Shown: in pieces, positions 25,697 through 39,476 of the stretch
How the letters are laid out: the number at the start of each line of letters is the position of its first letter
Numbering within the stretch: the first letter of the stretch is position 1
Assembly (NCBI GenBank): GCA_024679065.1
Contig: JAGIQG010000002.1
Span: 134,416,001-134,480,000, forward strand
Direction: 5' to 3'
DNA length: 64,000 nt
From: Sphyrna mokarran
Lineage: Eukaryota
The notes under the pieces: generated by a model
Told to the model about the DNA's origin: nothing
The model's database searches: none
The model's input: the letters and a program-made list of their open reading frames with translations, nothing else
Made by a program: the position numbers and the translations under genes

Positions 25697-26737
25697 CTGG
25701 AATAAAATATGCAGTTAGCTCAATGGGCAATCACTTATTCCAAGCTAAAAGAAATGTATAACTTTAAACATCACTTTTTTTTCCACAACCACTTTCACCA
25801 CTTTAGGTTCCTGGATCTAATACAAAAATAACTTTCAATTTCCTCCAGATAGCTAACAAAACTAAGGGTACATAACTACACAAACTGTAAAATAACTGAT
25901 CTAACATGTAGCCTTCTTTTATTACAGAAGTATTCTGCCCAATATATGGATTGAATTTTTGAGAGAAAGAATATTAATAAATCGAAAGTATCTTTTAAAT
26001 ACTGACAATTAGCAATACTCAACAAAATCAGTGATAAGTTGAATAGTTCCAGATCATTTATATTATGTTGATGGAAAATTGGCTGAGAAACTTCAGAAAA
26101 TATTTTTATTGTGTAAAGTAGATCTCGTGTCTCCCACGTTTATAGCACCTACTTTTACTCAAATACATTCTTGTTGCATTAAGAACAGATCAATTCTCCT
26201 GTCTTCAAAGCTTAATATTCCTATATTAAACTACACAACAATGATCACACTTTCCAGTACGAGATCAGTGTGGAGAGTATCATTATGGGCACACCAAATT
26301 GAAAGTATTAAACTCAAAATTTGCTCACCTTAATGTCAAAAAATATAAAAGGTAACAAAGCATAAAAATCACAACTGCATATTGAAAATTAACAGATTCT
26401 GAATAGACACAAAACCAATAAATAAATTACCTATCCTAAAGCATTTTTTTCATGCATTAAGTAATAAGTATCCCAAAAGCAGAGTGACAGCACCCAGCAG
26501 TTTGACAGTTCGAGAAAAGCTTCATGTTACATGCCCACATGGAAATGTCAGGGTTTTGCAGATACCCTACACATGGTCTCTTACCATGCCATAGCAACTA
26601 GGTTCACACCCATTCAAGTTTTTTTGCTTTTTATCCAGTTTTTGTGCAAGACCTTCCATGCCCAAGCATTCTATACAAATAGGCAAGGGCACACATCATT
26701 AAAGACTGATAACCAACTGGCCTGTTTAAGATATTGA

Positions 26738-27404
26738 GGGCGATTCTCCCATCCCAGCGGGAGAATCGTGCATCGGCTGATTCGCGGGATTCCAGCGAGC
26801 ATTCGCGCCGCGCTGGCATCTCCCAGACCTAGATGTCTATTGGCACCTGTGCAGCACCAGAAATCAGCTGGGAGACGAGGTTAACATTTAAATAGTATTT
26901 TACATTCTATTTAGACACTATGCATGGGCCCAGGACTGAATTCTCCGGGCGTGTTGGCATTTCCTATACCACCAGAGTGTTTCACTCCAACAGGGATTAT
27001 TGGAGCTTCCTCGTTTCCAGGAACTATTGGGATGACCCTGTTGGAATGATGTGGGGGACACTCAGGGCAGTGGGGCAAAACATGGGCACCCTGGCAGTGC
27101 CAGCTTATGGCCCCTGGCACTGCCCAAGGAAAAAATGCCCAATGGGCATGGGGCAATGCTAAGGGAGCTGGGCATATTGGGGGCAGAGCTGAGGGGGAGA
27201 TCAGTGGGTGTGGGGCCTCACTGCCACTTTGCACTGGGATCCATTCGGGGCTGAAGGGATGTCAACAATCAGGGTGGGGGTGGCGGTGTCTGTCCGGGAG
27301 TTTGGAGATTTTAGACTGAACTCCCACTGAAAAAAAAGGTGAAAATTCCCCCAGTTTTCCTGCAAATTCAACGCTTAGAATTTTTTTTTGGGAGAATCAC
27401 TCCC
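26738..27404. mobile_element. GC-rich non-autonomous DNA element (MITE-like, possibly PIF/Harbinger type)
   Basis: Terminal inverted repeats GGGCGATTCTCCC ... GGGAGAATCACTCCC. Sharp GC and CpG contrast with the flanks. No credible ORF. Confidence 0.65.
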
Positions 27405-30400
27405 ATTATGTTTCCTTTTAAGGTTTCTCAGAAGTCCAAAATGTTGACCATAGTTGGTATTATGAGGACAAGCCTCAAAATAAATAAAACAATACTGCAT
27501 TATTGCTCTGAAAAATGAAAAGAAAAAACATTTGATTTTTTATTTCCCAGAATGATTCAATGCAGAACAATTAAAAATAAATCAATTTCTACCAATAATC
27601 ACTGTGTTTTGTGTCAGTGAAGAATAAATTACACCTGACTGCTCGAACTTGTAACTAACAATCTAATAACTCAACAGCAAATTCAAACACAAACTTTTGA
27701 GCTCAGAGGTATTGGTACTGGCTAGAGCAAAACTGCTAAAGCAATAACTATCCAGAACCTTTGGTTGTGGAAAACAAACCAGCACCACGGCAAAAGTCAT
27801 GGCACTTTAGATAAAACGAGAGTACTAAATCACATGCTTCACTTCTTAACTGCATCATAATATTTTCATGTGGATGTTCATCTCTACAGCCTATTTAAAA
27901 AGGCTGGTGTGTCAGATGCAGAATGAAGACTATGCAGTTTACTATCTCAAGCTCAAGATATGCTTTCATCAGCAATAATTTTAATCCATGTGTTCTCAGA
28001 GTTAAATTAATCTATCTGGTTTCAGATTTAAATTAATATTTTTTAAATGACATATTTGTCATCTAATATATATATTGCATTTCAAAATTTGATTTGTGTG
28101 GGTCTTTCAGTTGAACATAGTGATAGCATCTGATGTGGTCACAGTATTTCCCTGATACCTCCCCTGCCTGCTGTGAGAGCGAGCCACCAGGTTCTCTGGC
28201 CTCCTTTTAGTTTCCGCCATATTCCCCCTCCTTTGCACCATTGTTGCAGCCACCTCCCTAGTGCACGTAGCTTGATCTCTTAATTCAAAAGCAACTACTT
28301 CAGATAATTACTAAAGTTAAATCCCCTACTTTCTTAGTAGAAAATTTTTGATATGAAAAACAACTGTCTTCTTGAAGAAAATAATTATTTTTATTGTATT
28401 ACAAAATTCCTTATTCGTATTTCTTTCTAAGCGTAGTAAAAAGAACTATTGTTAAACACCACAAGAAATTAACTGAATAGCCTTTATTTTTAATGAAATT
28501 TGCAGACATTAATCTTGTACTCTCCCAGTATAGGCAATTCTTCCTTTCTTGAGCTATCATTTAAACAAAAGTTCTGTGAAATAACATTTGCATTTATATC
28601 ACATTTTATCACTTTGAAATGTAGAAAAGCAATTTCTATAATGAACTAATTTTGAAGTACAGTTTCTTTTATATGGCTGTCAAAATTATGGGAACTCATA
28701 CATAATGGCGTAGTTGTAAAATGTCACAGACAAGTAGCAAAGTCACTTCAGTAGCTATAAACAAGAAACAGACCATGAAAACTGGTTTGTACAAAATTCT
28801 GTAATATCAGCTTCGTTTTGAAAAAAAAATCATGCTCTGCCAAGTATGCAAAACATCAGTCCTCTCAACCTCAACACACCACCAGTAGACTGACCTCCTA
28901 TGCAGAATTAAAAAAAACTTTTAATTTGACAATCCTGATACTTGATCCATACTATAGCATTCAAGATTAGTCCCTTATAAAAGGGCCACAAAAGACTGAT
29001 GTTTCAAAATAAGACACAAGTACTTTTACCCAAACTGATGGTTCATTACTCTGTTAAGTGCTTTATTTTTATACTCTTTATGAATTATGCTTCATTCATT
29101 TTGTATTGCAAAGTCACGCACACTTAAAGCTTGGTTGAAATGATGCATATTAAATGTTCTTTGAGTCATCAAACCAAAACCAAAAAACGTCTAATACCCA
29201 ATCTCCCTGATCTGGATTAATAAAACCCAAACATTTCCAGCAAAAGCAATCCCTGTGCTAATCAAATCATGCTGCATTTCAAAAACTGCATTTTCTACAC
29301 CTATAAAAACTTGATAATTTACAGACTTTAGTGTGAAATTGTAGACTTGTTCTTCCTCTAATTAAACAGTAAATGTAGTTAAAACATGAATTCACATGAA
29401 GCAAATGATATTAAGAGCAGAAATTCTGAAAACTTTTGTTTTCGGTACTTTGTACATTAAACAGATTATTATAATGCTTCTCCTGCCCTATCTTTTCTTA
29501 ATTCCTAGATCTGTCAAATCCAGGAAGGAAAAAATACATATTGATTGCACTACGTACTAAAAGCTTTTATAAACTATTTCTAACATGAGATTTTATTTTG
29601 ACCTGTTTGTAGAATGTGTGCCATGTTACCATCTGCGTTTGTAATTAAATCTACCAGGATTCCAGCAACAAAAACATTTTTGCTTCATAATATTTTAACA
29701 TTGGAAGAGGATTTTAAAGAAATTAGGACATAAAATTACAACTATAACATTTCTGGTAGTCGTTGAGGACTCTTTCAGCCAGTTGCACAACAACTGTTGT
29801 GACCCGTTTAGCTGGCCCAGAATTAACATGATACACGCTTATATGTGCAGCCTGAGGCCCTTTTCCCTCCCTCACTACTGACACAGTATTCTCAAAACAT
29901 TTTATGTCTAATTTATATAACTGTCAGCCTTTAACAGACAAACTACATCATGAAAAGAGAGGCAGAGACCTCCAACTATGCTTTTAAGCTTTTTTACAAC
30001 CATTCTTATACCACTGAAAAATACAAAGCAGCTGCAATTAAATTTAGGAATTGAATTGTCACATGTTTCCATTCAATTTCTATTTGGGATCTCCCCTCAC
30101 CTTTCCTCATTTCAAACAAGAGTGATTTGTTCCATTCAAATTTGATTTATTTCACTGCAAGCGGTTGTATGCTCACAAATTTATGAACACTTAGGCTGCA
30201 TTCTTATGCATAATGCTAATTCTGCAAATGGGCTTTTTTTTAATGAAACTTTTAACTGCCTCTGTCACAAGCAGTTTTTGCAAGCAACCAGTAAATGATA
30301 TAACCCCACGAAACATAAATGGGCTTCTCATGGCATTTCTCACCATGGGTCAGAAGATATGTTTTTTGTTACACTGTGGAACTTACTACTCCAGCAGGAT

Positions 30401-30689
30401 CGGAGATTTCCTCATAACACTGTTTATTTCCCTCTTTCTAGCATACTGCTCCCCACTCAACAACACATACTCTGCCCCTCCTTTCCCAACAGGATCTTTT
30501 TTTCTATCCACTTAAACAAGGTGTCTATCCTTCCCTCTTCTGGCATGCCATATAAACTGAAGGTTTGGACAGTTGATGGGGAATAAGTGCAAAGATTTTG
30601 TCCACTGTGGACAAAATACACAGTGGAGTTCCTCTATTATAGAAATGTTTAGAAACGTTAAAGGCAGCTCAGAAGTTACAGTGAGAGGC

Positions 30690-31250
30690 ACAAAACATGT
30701 CTGCAAGCAGAATAATGGAAACTGAAGTTAATGCAGATAAGTACAAAATACACGTAGGAAGGAAAATTAAGTGACATTTGCATTTCATACCAAATGTTGA
30801 AACAATTAAAATTGAGAGATTAGGAATCTTAATAGACTCGACAATCCACGTGTCCAATGAATGTAGAACAGCAATCAAAGTTAAAAGTATGTTGAACAAT
30901 ATTACCATACAATTTGAATACGAGTCAGATGAAGTTTTGGTCAAACTGACATAGTCTTGTAAAACTGCACCTGATTAATTTTTCTGGTTCTGCTGTTCAG
31001 ATCCAAGGAAATTATTCAAGAGCTGAACATAAAGAAAAATGACAAGATTGGTCCTTGTAGTCAACGTTTTTACTTGCGAGAAAAGATTGCTAAAATTGGA
31101 ACTTTTAGGCCTAGGAATAGAATATCTGAAGCGCATGGAAAAGGTAAATGTTGAATATTACTTTAAATTAAATTGCACAATTGAAATAGAGTTCAAAAGC
31201 CTAAAAGCTAAATTTAGGATCGATTTCAGATGATTATTCTTCATACAAAG
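30690..31250 (+). mobile_element. Very old CR1 fragment
   Basis: Residual motifs: AAGTTAATGCAGATAAGT, VKL..L.K.HL, and KFRIDFR followed by TTCTTCATACAAAG. Confidence 0.55.
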
Positions 31251-31267
31251 ATGTGAAGATACTATCA

Positions 31268-31440
31268 TTGGACTGGGCTGGGCACAGTAAGTCATCTCAC
31301 AACGGCAGGTTAAAGTCCAACAGGTTTAATTGGAATCACGAGCTTTCGTCAGATGAGTCGTGATTCCTTCATGAGCCTCCTTCATCAGATGAGTTGTGAT
31401 TCCAAATAAGCCTATTGGACTGGTTTTGTGAGACTTCTTA
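31268..31440. mobile_element. Fold-back Penelope-like mini-element (type 1) with a rearranged centre
   Basis: Arms CTCACAAC..GTCCAACAGGTTTAATTGGAATCAC and GTGATTCCAAATAAGCCTATTGGAC..GTGAGACTTCTTA. The centre carries a duplicated TCAGATGAGTYGTGATTCC. Confidence 0.8.
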
Positions 31441-32328
31441 AAGTTTACACAGAGTCATTAACAGACTGAATAGACTTCCTGATAGAATAATGGGGATTAA
31501 AAACTCATGAAACATTTGGAAAACAACTTCATTTGGCAAGAAGGGAACTTTCTTTTCTTTCTGGATGATTGGATGATTTTAATGGACCAAAATGCATTAT
31601 CTTGTTCATAATTATTTTATGGCACACGCAATATTTGCAGCAAAGGCAGAAGTGACAATGGCGAATGTAATGAGAGCTACTCTAGGTTTTCCAAAAACAG
31701 ACTGTCTAATTTTTCTAGTGTCCTTTTACATATAAATCAGCTCTTTTTAAAAGTTCTGTTATTTCCATTATTTTGACAAGGATGAAATTAGTCCTAATAC
31801 CATCCTCTTCCAAGACCTAAAAGCTCAATTTTCTCCTGCTCATTCTTGCCAAGTTAACGGGACCAGCATAGTCCCAAATAGTTAATCCAACAAGATTTCT
31901 GAAAGCACTGAAAAGAAACAAAACTAATCCATCCAAAAGAATGTCCATGATCTTAGACATGCCTATCCTAATACAACTGTTCTTGTTGCAAAAGATAATG
32001 TGAATGTCACTTAAGCTAAGAATCTTAATGTTAAAATGCATCACTAGCTAGGTATGTATAAAGATGAATTTCTATTAAAATGGACATTGAAAACTATAAC
32101 CTTCAAAGCAATTATTTTTATAAGATTGTATTTACCAGTAAACCTCGGCTATTTCCCAATAAATCTGCAACAAAGTCACATGCATTAATATACGTATGTA
32201 AGCATCTCATAACCAAATATAAGAAACAAATTTAAAGACTGTCCATTGTTAACTTCTAAAACGAATAGAAAAAGAGAGTACTGTTCCATAAACGTTAAAT
32301 TACGTAGCAAGCTGTTATGAATACCGGC

Positions 32329-32381
32329 GGGGGGGGGGGGGGTGTGTGTGGGGGTGTGGTGTGTGTGTGTGTGTGTGTGTG
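32329..32381. repeat. Poly-G plus imperfect (GT)n microsatellite
   Basis: Read directly. Confidence 0.9.
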
Positions 32382-32731
32382 TCATGATTAAGTGTAACCT
32401 AATCACAGGGTTCAGGTAAAATTTATATTAACCACTCAAATTTCAAACTTGAACTTCATGACATTTGAATTCTAATTAGATCTAATTAATTAAATCAGCA
32501 GTATGTATTATTTTTGATTTATAAACCAACAGCACATTGTTAGTGCAAATTCACACATAGTATACTAAACTATATCATAATCAGTTCTTAAATTGCATTC
32601 TAAATTAAATAATTAAATTTCAGACTGTCTAATCTGTGATGGATTTATGTAACCTTAAACAGGGCCAGAAGTTTACAAATAGATTTTTCTAAGTCTTCAA
32701 GAAAACAATCAGAACCACTGAAAAGCCAAAG

Positions 32732-32845
32732 ACTGGAATTCTCCAACCTTGTCCACATCTGGGATTCTCCAATCCTGCTGCAGTGAATGGCTAGGTGCCA
32801 AGTGTTCATTCTTGCTGGCAGCATGGCATGAGATTCGAGAATTTT
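32732..32845. mobile_element. Short degenerate MITE-like element
   Basis: Ends CTGGAATTCTCC ... GAGAATTTTAG, with internal GGGATTCTCC and ATCCTGCTG motifs resembling the 26.7 kb element. Confidence 0.4.
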
Positions 32846-33921
32846 AGTCAAAACTCCATTTTGCTCAAATATCTTTAGCATGAGAAAACGATATAGAAAG
32901 ATGGTGGCAAGCACAATTCATTGTCTAATGCATAATATCTTCATTACTATTCTTAGAATATTGCCTCAAACCACACTATAATACTCCATTTCCAATTCAT
33001 CTAATCTTCTCAAAATATAACAGACATCCATGATTATCAACTGGTCCATGTTCTTAGCTGTCAACAAAGTGATTACACAAGATGCTAGCGTTTCATCTGA
33101 TTCCTATTTTCAGCATAATTTCAGAACGAGAGCAAAATTAAAAGGAAACGTTAATTTTGGGATTAAAAATGGAGGAACATTTTGGACCCCAACCTCTGCT
33201 CTGGATATGTTGCTAACATTCACAACAAATGGATTTCTGTGCACATTTTACTGGCCTGGGTGCATTAAATTACTTGCAGCTAAGCCAGGCTCATTTTTCT
33301 CATTGTTTACAAGCCTGCTCCCTTCTCCGTTCTCACTTTTTCAAATCCAAGTAAGCATTTGTAGCAAATGCTTAGACTGAGACAAAAAAAATTGCAAGGT
33401 CAACGTGGGGTGGATGCGCTACAAAGAAATACCTATTGCCCTAATGTTTTCAATTCAATGAAATTCATTTCTGAAGTATTCCATACAGGAACTAGTTACT
33501 GGTATAGTCCAAAACCAAACATACAGACAAAGAACTGATTTGAATTTAGTACATACCATTCATTGTACGCAATTTCCAGCCAGTAATTAGCTTTACAGTT
33601 ACATTTGAGTACTGGATACAATTCCAGTACAAAGGATGCTCATCTCCACTCAGATTGATGGCAACCAGGCAGACAGACAGACCTGAATACATTATTTGAG
33701 CATCTTTTTCCTATTTCTTTATTTGATGAACAAAGCAAGTCTAGTGGAGATTATTTTCATTATTTTGTTTTAGAAGAATCATGATCACTTAATTCCATGC
33801 AACTTTCTGAGCATAATAAAATACCACAAGGTCAATTTGACTAATTTGGATTCTAAAGTATGCAATTAAATAGTTCTCATGTAATTACTCACACTGTATA
33901 GTTGCACGATTTGGCAAGTTA

Positions 33922-35152
33922 AAGCATGGTTTTGTGAAGGGTAGGTCGTGCCTTACTAACCTTACTGAATTTTTTGAAAAAGTGACCAAAGAGGTGGATG
34001 GGGGTAAGGCAGTTGATGTGGTATATATGGACTTTAGTAAGGCGTTCGATAAGGTGGCCCACGGAAGACTTCTGCAGAAAATGCAGATGTTTGGGATTGA
34101 GGGTGATTTAGCTAATTGGATTAGGAATTGGCTAGCAGATAGAAGACAGAGGGTGGTGGTTGATGGAATTATTCATCATGGAGTTCGGTTACAAGTGGTG
34201 TACCTCAGGGATCTGTTTTGGGGCCCCTGCTGTTTGTATTGAAGGATGGATTAGTAAATTTGCAGATGACACCAAAGTCGGAGGAGTGGTAGATAGTGAA
34301 GAGGGGTGTTATAGTTTGCAGAGAGACTTGGACAAGTTTCAGAGCTGGGCCGAGAGGTGGCAAATGGAGTTTAATGCGGAAAAGTGTGAGGTAATTCACT
34401 TTGGCAGGAATAACAAATGTGTAAAGTATAGGGCTAATGGTAGGACTCTTAATAGTGTTGATGAACAGAGGGATCTTGGTGTATATGTGCATAGATCCCT
34501 GAAAGTTGGCAATCAAGTCGATAAGGTTGTTAAGAAGGCATAGGGAGTCTTAGCTTTTATTGGTAGGGGGATTGAATTTCGGAGCCGCAACGTCATGTTG
34601 CAACTGTACAAAACTCTAGTGCGGCCGCACTTGGAGTATTGTGTGCAGTTCTGGTCCCCACATTATAAGAAAGATGTGGAGGCATTGGAGAGGGTACAGA
34701 GGAGGTTTACCAGGATGTTGCCTGGTATGGAGGGCAGGTCTTATGAAGAGAGGCTGAGGGATTTGAGGTTGTTTTCGTTAGAAAGAAGGCGGCTAAGAGG
34801 AGACCTTATTGAAACATATAAGATGATTAGAGGTTTAGATAGGGTGGACAGTGATAGCCTTTTTCCTAGGATGGAGAAAGCTAGCACGAAGGGACATAGC
34901 TTTAAATTAAGGGGTGGTAGTTATAGGACGGATGTCAGAGGTAGGTTCTTTACCCAGAGGGTGGTAAGGGTATGGAATGCCCTGCCTGCTGCAGTTGTAG
35001 ATGCGCCAAGTTTGGTGGTGTTTAAGAGGTTAGTAGATAAGTTTATGGACGAAAAGGGAATGGTTTAGGTGAGAGGGTCGTTGCTTTTTCTTAATTAGTC
35101 GGTGCAACATCGAAGGCCGAAGGGCCTGTTCTGCGCTGAAATGTTCTATGTT
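33922..35152 (+). mobile_element. Relatively young 5'-truncated CR1 (HER1-like) LINE
   Basis: Peptides KGRSCLTNL.EFFE.VT..VD.G.AVDVVYMDFSKAFDKV, ISKFADDTK and LYKTLVRPHLEYCVQFWSP. Few disruptions. Tail ATGTTCTATGTTC. Confidence 0.96.
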
Positions 35153-36671
35153 CAACTCTGTTTTAAATTCACTACCCCTTAGCCTAAGATCAAGACTATT
35201 CATGCAACAGTCGGATTTAACTCTTGGTGAGTATATTATCGCACTATTTGTGACATACAACCATGCGCCAAAGCAATATTAGCCAAAAATGTGTTTTTTT
35301 TTAAGTTGTCAAAATTATTGACTTTTACTGCCATTTGCAATTCCCGAGAACAATGGATCAGTTTAAGATGACTGTGACTCATCTTTGACTTTTCACAGTT
35401 TGACTGTGGAAATGAAGCTCACTTCCTTTTGTGCATTGTCTGCAACAACAAGCCCGAATTGGTAAAAATACCATCAAGCTGTCAACCAAACTAACTCACA
35501 GTAAGATGCACTGACACAACTTCCTTTTTCTTCTAGGGATCATCTCAATGCCAAAAACCTCTAAGCTCGAGTTACCTTATTTCTAAAATTCTTTCTGATG
35601 CTTTTAAGTTTTAGAAAAATCAACATCCTCCTTTGCATTAAAAATCTTTTAATTTAAATTCTGAAATGTATGATTAGAGGGCAAATTCTCACAAATTAGT
35701 TTTGCGTCTGTACACTAAATTAACATATGAAACCTCAGGAACGTCAAATTGACTCTTTCCTAAATTGACTTGTACATCATCTTTTAACACATCTATATGG
35801 TTCTGCTGCCAGCGCCCTCAGGAAATGTCAAATCTGTAGCAGTTCATTTTTGGAAAATGTACTGAAGCTGGAGAGTTTGTGCTTTTATGTCAAATTCATT
35901 CAAAAGCTGAGCACAAAGGAAAGCTTTATTACTAAATTCAAATTAAATTCCATTAGGTGTAAGCCTGCTCTTATTTCTTCAGGGAAAGGTGGTCTGAAAC
36001 CATTCATCAGAATCTTGTGGTCTGCAACTTCAGTCTTCACTGGAAATACTACAGCTGACCAGGCCGGGTAAAGCATGATCTCTGCTGCCATTTATCCTGG
36101 CAGCCTGTTTATTTTGGCTCAGAGAACAGCTGTAAGGCTTCCAAAAGTCTTAAGTTTCTGTGTCTTGCAATGGATGAAGCCAAGGGTGACATACTCTCAT
36201 AAACTGCTCTAGTTCAAAGCAGCATTGATTTTAAATGAGGAAAAAAATTGGAATGTCTTCCTGGCAGAATTATCCCATCCTACAAAAAGCTAAAGCTTAA
36301 ATAAAAGTTTCTAATTTGCTCAAAGTATAGTCGGAGATAAAGCTGCATCATCTGTGCTAATGGAATTGGGAGCTAGTCCAGAATGGGTTGAGTATCCAAC
36401 ACTTGGAAAGTTAATTTTAACTTGGTTTATTTGAACAATGTTACACTTATAACCTTTAATTTGCTTACACTATGTAATCTTGGTTACAATGCACAATTGT
36501 TCTGGACTAAGAGTAAAAACAACCTAAGTACAATTAAGTCAACTTATCCACAGTTTTTTTTATAATAATTCCCAGCCCAAGATTCGCCCAGAATAAATGC
36601 TTGGTTTGCTATGCTGCAAGTTCCTGGGATATATAACGCACGTGCTTTGAAGTAAAATGAACATTCAGAAT

Positions 36672-36963
36672 GAGTGACACAGTGGTCAGCACTGCTGCTT
36701 CACAGCACCAGGGTTCTAATGCAGCCTTGGATGACTGTCAGTGTGGAGTTTGTACATTCTCCCAATGTCTCCGAGATTTCCTTCCCACAGTCCAAAGATA
36801 CGCGGATTAGATTGATTGGCCATCCTAAATTTGCCCTTTGTGTCAGAGGGGACAGTAGGGTAAATACATGGGGTTACAGGAATTAGGATCTGGGTGGGAC
36901 TGTTGCCGGTTCAGGCTCAATGGGCCAAATGACCTCTTTCTGCACTGTTGGGATCCTATGATC
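36672..36963 (+). mobile_element. HE1/V-SINE-like SINE
   Basis: GTGACACAGTGGTCAGCACTGCTGC head and CTATGATC tail. Confidence 0.8.
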
Positions 36964-37014
36964 CATCCTCATTGACTATTGAAATTCTTCCTCTTTTACG
37001 TCAGCCTCCTATTT

Positions 37015-38095
37015 ATTGAAGCTCAGCCTTCAACACCATTATTCTTACAAAATTCATTTCCAAACTCCATGAACTGGGCCGTAGCACTTCCCTCTGCAAC
37101 TGGATCCTCGACTTCCTAACTCAAGACCACAATCAGTAAGGATAGGCAATGACACCTTCTCCATGTTTATCTTCAACACCGGTGCCACCCAAGGCAGTGT
37201 CCTCAGCTCCTTACTATACTCCTTATACACCTATAACTGTGTAGCCGAATTCCCCTCGATTCAATTTTCAAATTTGCTGAGGACATCACCGTAGTGGGTC
37301 AGATCTCAAACAATGATGAGATGGAGTACAGGAAAGAGGCAGAGAATCCAGTGAATTGGTGCAACAATAATCTCTCCCTCAATGTCAACAGAACAAAGGA
37401 AATAGTCATTGACTTCAGGAAGCGTAGTGGAGGACATGCCCCTTTCTACATGAATGGGGACAAAGTAGAAATAGTCGAGAACTTTATGCTTCTAAGTGTT
37501 CAGATTACCAACTTGCCCTGGTCCCCTTATGCTGGATTATAGTTAAGCAAGCCACCAATAGCTCTATTTTCTCAGGAGACTAAGGAAATTTGGGTGTCTG
37601 CTACAACTCTCATCAACTTTTACAGATGCACTGTAGAAAGCATTCTTTCTGATTATACCACAGTTTGATACGACTCTTACTCTGTCCAAGACTGCAAGAA
37701 ATTACAAAGGGTTGTGAACAAACTCAGTCCATCACGCAAACCAGCCTCCCATCCATTGACTTTTGTACACTTCTCGTTGCCTCAGAAAAGTGATCAGCAT
37801 AAACAAGGACCCCACGCACCCTGAACATACTCTCTTCCATCTTCTTCCGTTGGGAAAAAGATACAAAAGTCTGACAATACATACCAACTAATTCAAGAAC
37901 AGCTTCTTTCCTGCTGCATCAGATTTTTGAATGGACCTACTTTGTATTAAATTAATCTTTCTCTATACCCTAACTGTGACTATAACACTACACTCTGTAT
38001 TCTCTTTTCTTTTCTATATACAGTATGCTTTGTATAAGCACACAAGAAACTATATTTTTCATTGTATAATAATACGTGAGAAAAATAAATCAAAT
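37015..38095 (+). mobile_element. Rex/Babar-type LINE 3' fragment
   Basis: [37 protein letters not shown] and NWCNNNLSLNVNRTKEIVIDFRK remnants. Homologous to 2874-3656. Confidence 0.85.
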
Positions 38096-39028
38096 AATAT
38101 ATAGGAAGATAGAGTTTGAGCCTTTATGTCAAATGCATTTGAAAGCTGAGCAGAACAAACAGATTTGTTATTTAACACAAATTAAAATTCATTTGTCCGA
38201 AGCCTGCACTTTTTCAGAAAATGATGGTCTAAAGCCATCAGGAACCTCATTGGCCTTTTGAAACTCAATTAATTCAAGGCTCCAAACAGGGTTTTGATCG
38301 CCACACTAGAATGAATACATAATCCCTTTAAATAAATGTACAATCCCTTCAAAAGGGCTAACATTTCTCCAACAACACTTGTTGAAGTTGGATATATTAA
38401 GAGTGAACCATCTAAAAAACATAAGTAAAGCCAATAGCCTCTACCCTGAGAACAAACAGTACTTTAAACAAGCACGAGTAAATTATTCTCAAACAGGTAC
38501 ACCTGGATCCCACAAGACAATTAAACTATCAAATGTGAGTTTATTTGGGGCAAAACAGTTAAAAAAATAAGTATAGCCTAAATATGTTATTTTCCTGTAT
38601 TCTCATTTAAAAACTAAAGTGCGTAATTTTAAATCTTATTTGTACAGGTGAAGCCAATTTATTTTTAAGTGCAATTAGGTTTATGTAAAGATAATAACAT
38701 ACATACAATAAACCTGTTAATTACAGACACTTTAGGGATTAGCATCAGCTGCCCTTTTGATTTCAGGTGTCTTTATTTTCAAATTAGTTACTGAATGTGC
38801 TTTTTAAGAAAAGAAACAGCTGAGATCGAGATCAACATCCTATCAGTTGCAACAATGCTAAGATCACACCAGTGATTAGCTTTCTTCAACTAACAGTTTG
38901 TAATCAAAATTTCTACTTCAGAAAGCACTCTCACTTGGAATAAGAGTATAATTTCAGGAATGAATTGTGTTTCTCAGTTCTACTCAACAGCATTGTGGCG
39001 CAGATCAATAAAACGGGAATGTGTCGAT

Positions 39029-39420
39029 AGAAACAGAAAATGTTGGAGAAACTCAGTATGTCTGACAATATCTGTAAAGAGAAAATAGTGCCAATGCTTC
39101 AAGTCAGATTAAAAAAGGTTGGCTCTATTCATTGAATCACTACAGTGAAAAAGGAATCCATTCGACCCATTGAGTCTGCACCGACCACAGTCCCACCCAG
39201 GCCCTATTCCTGTAGCCACATGCATTTATCCCCGTTAGTACCCCGATACTAAAGGGCAATTTAACATGGCCAATCCACCTAACCCACACATCTCCGGACT
39301 GTAGGAGGAAACCGGAGGACCTGAAGCAAACCCGCTCTCCATAGATGCTGTCAGACCTACTGAGTTTCTTCAGCATTTTCTGTTTCAGATTCCAGCATCC
39401 ACAGTGTTTTGCCTTTATCT
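39029..39420. mobile_element. Penelope-like inverted pseudo-LTR pair (type 2) with a SINE (39131-39330, minus) nested in the right arm
   Basis: Left arm GAAACAGAAAATGTTGGAGAAACTCAGTATGTCTGACA is complementary to right arm TGTCAGACCTACTGAGTTTCTTCAGCATTTTCTGTTTC. The right arm is split at GGCTCTATT|...|CTCTCCATAG. Confidence 0.75.
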
Positions 39421-39476
39421 TAGAATGTATTGGCAGATTGTACCAGTTTATTAAAGCTCCAAAGAACAATTTTAGC

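Noticed and set aside
26911-27319. Overlapping GC-rich ORFs as a gene or CpG-island promoter
   Set aside because: They lie inside a TIR-bounded element. High GC explains the lack of stops, and the peptides are unrecognisable.
33922-35152. Intact autonomous retrotransposon
   Set aside because: 5'-truncated with no ORF1 or endonuclease, and it has a frameshift, an internal deletion near 34240 and a stop near 34541.
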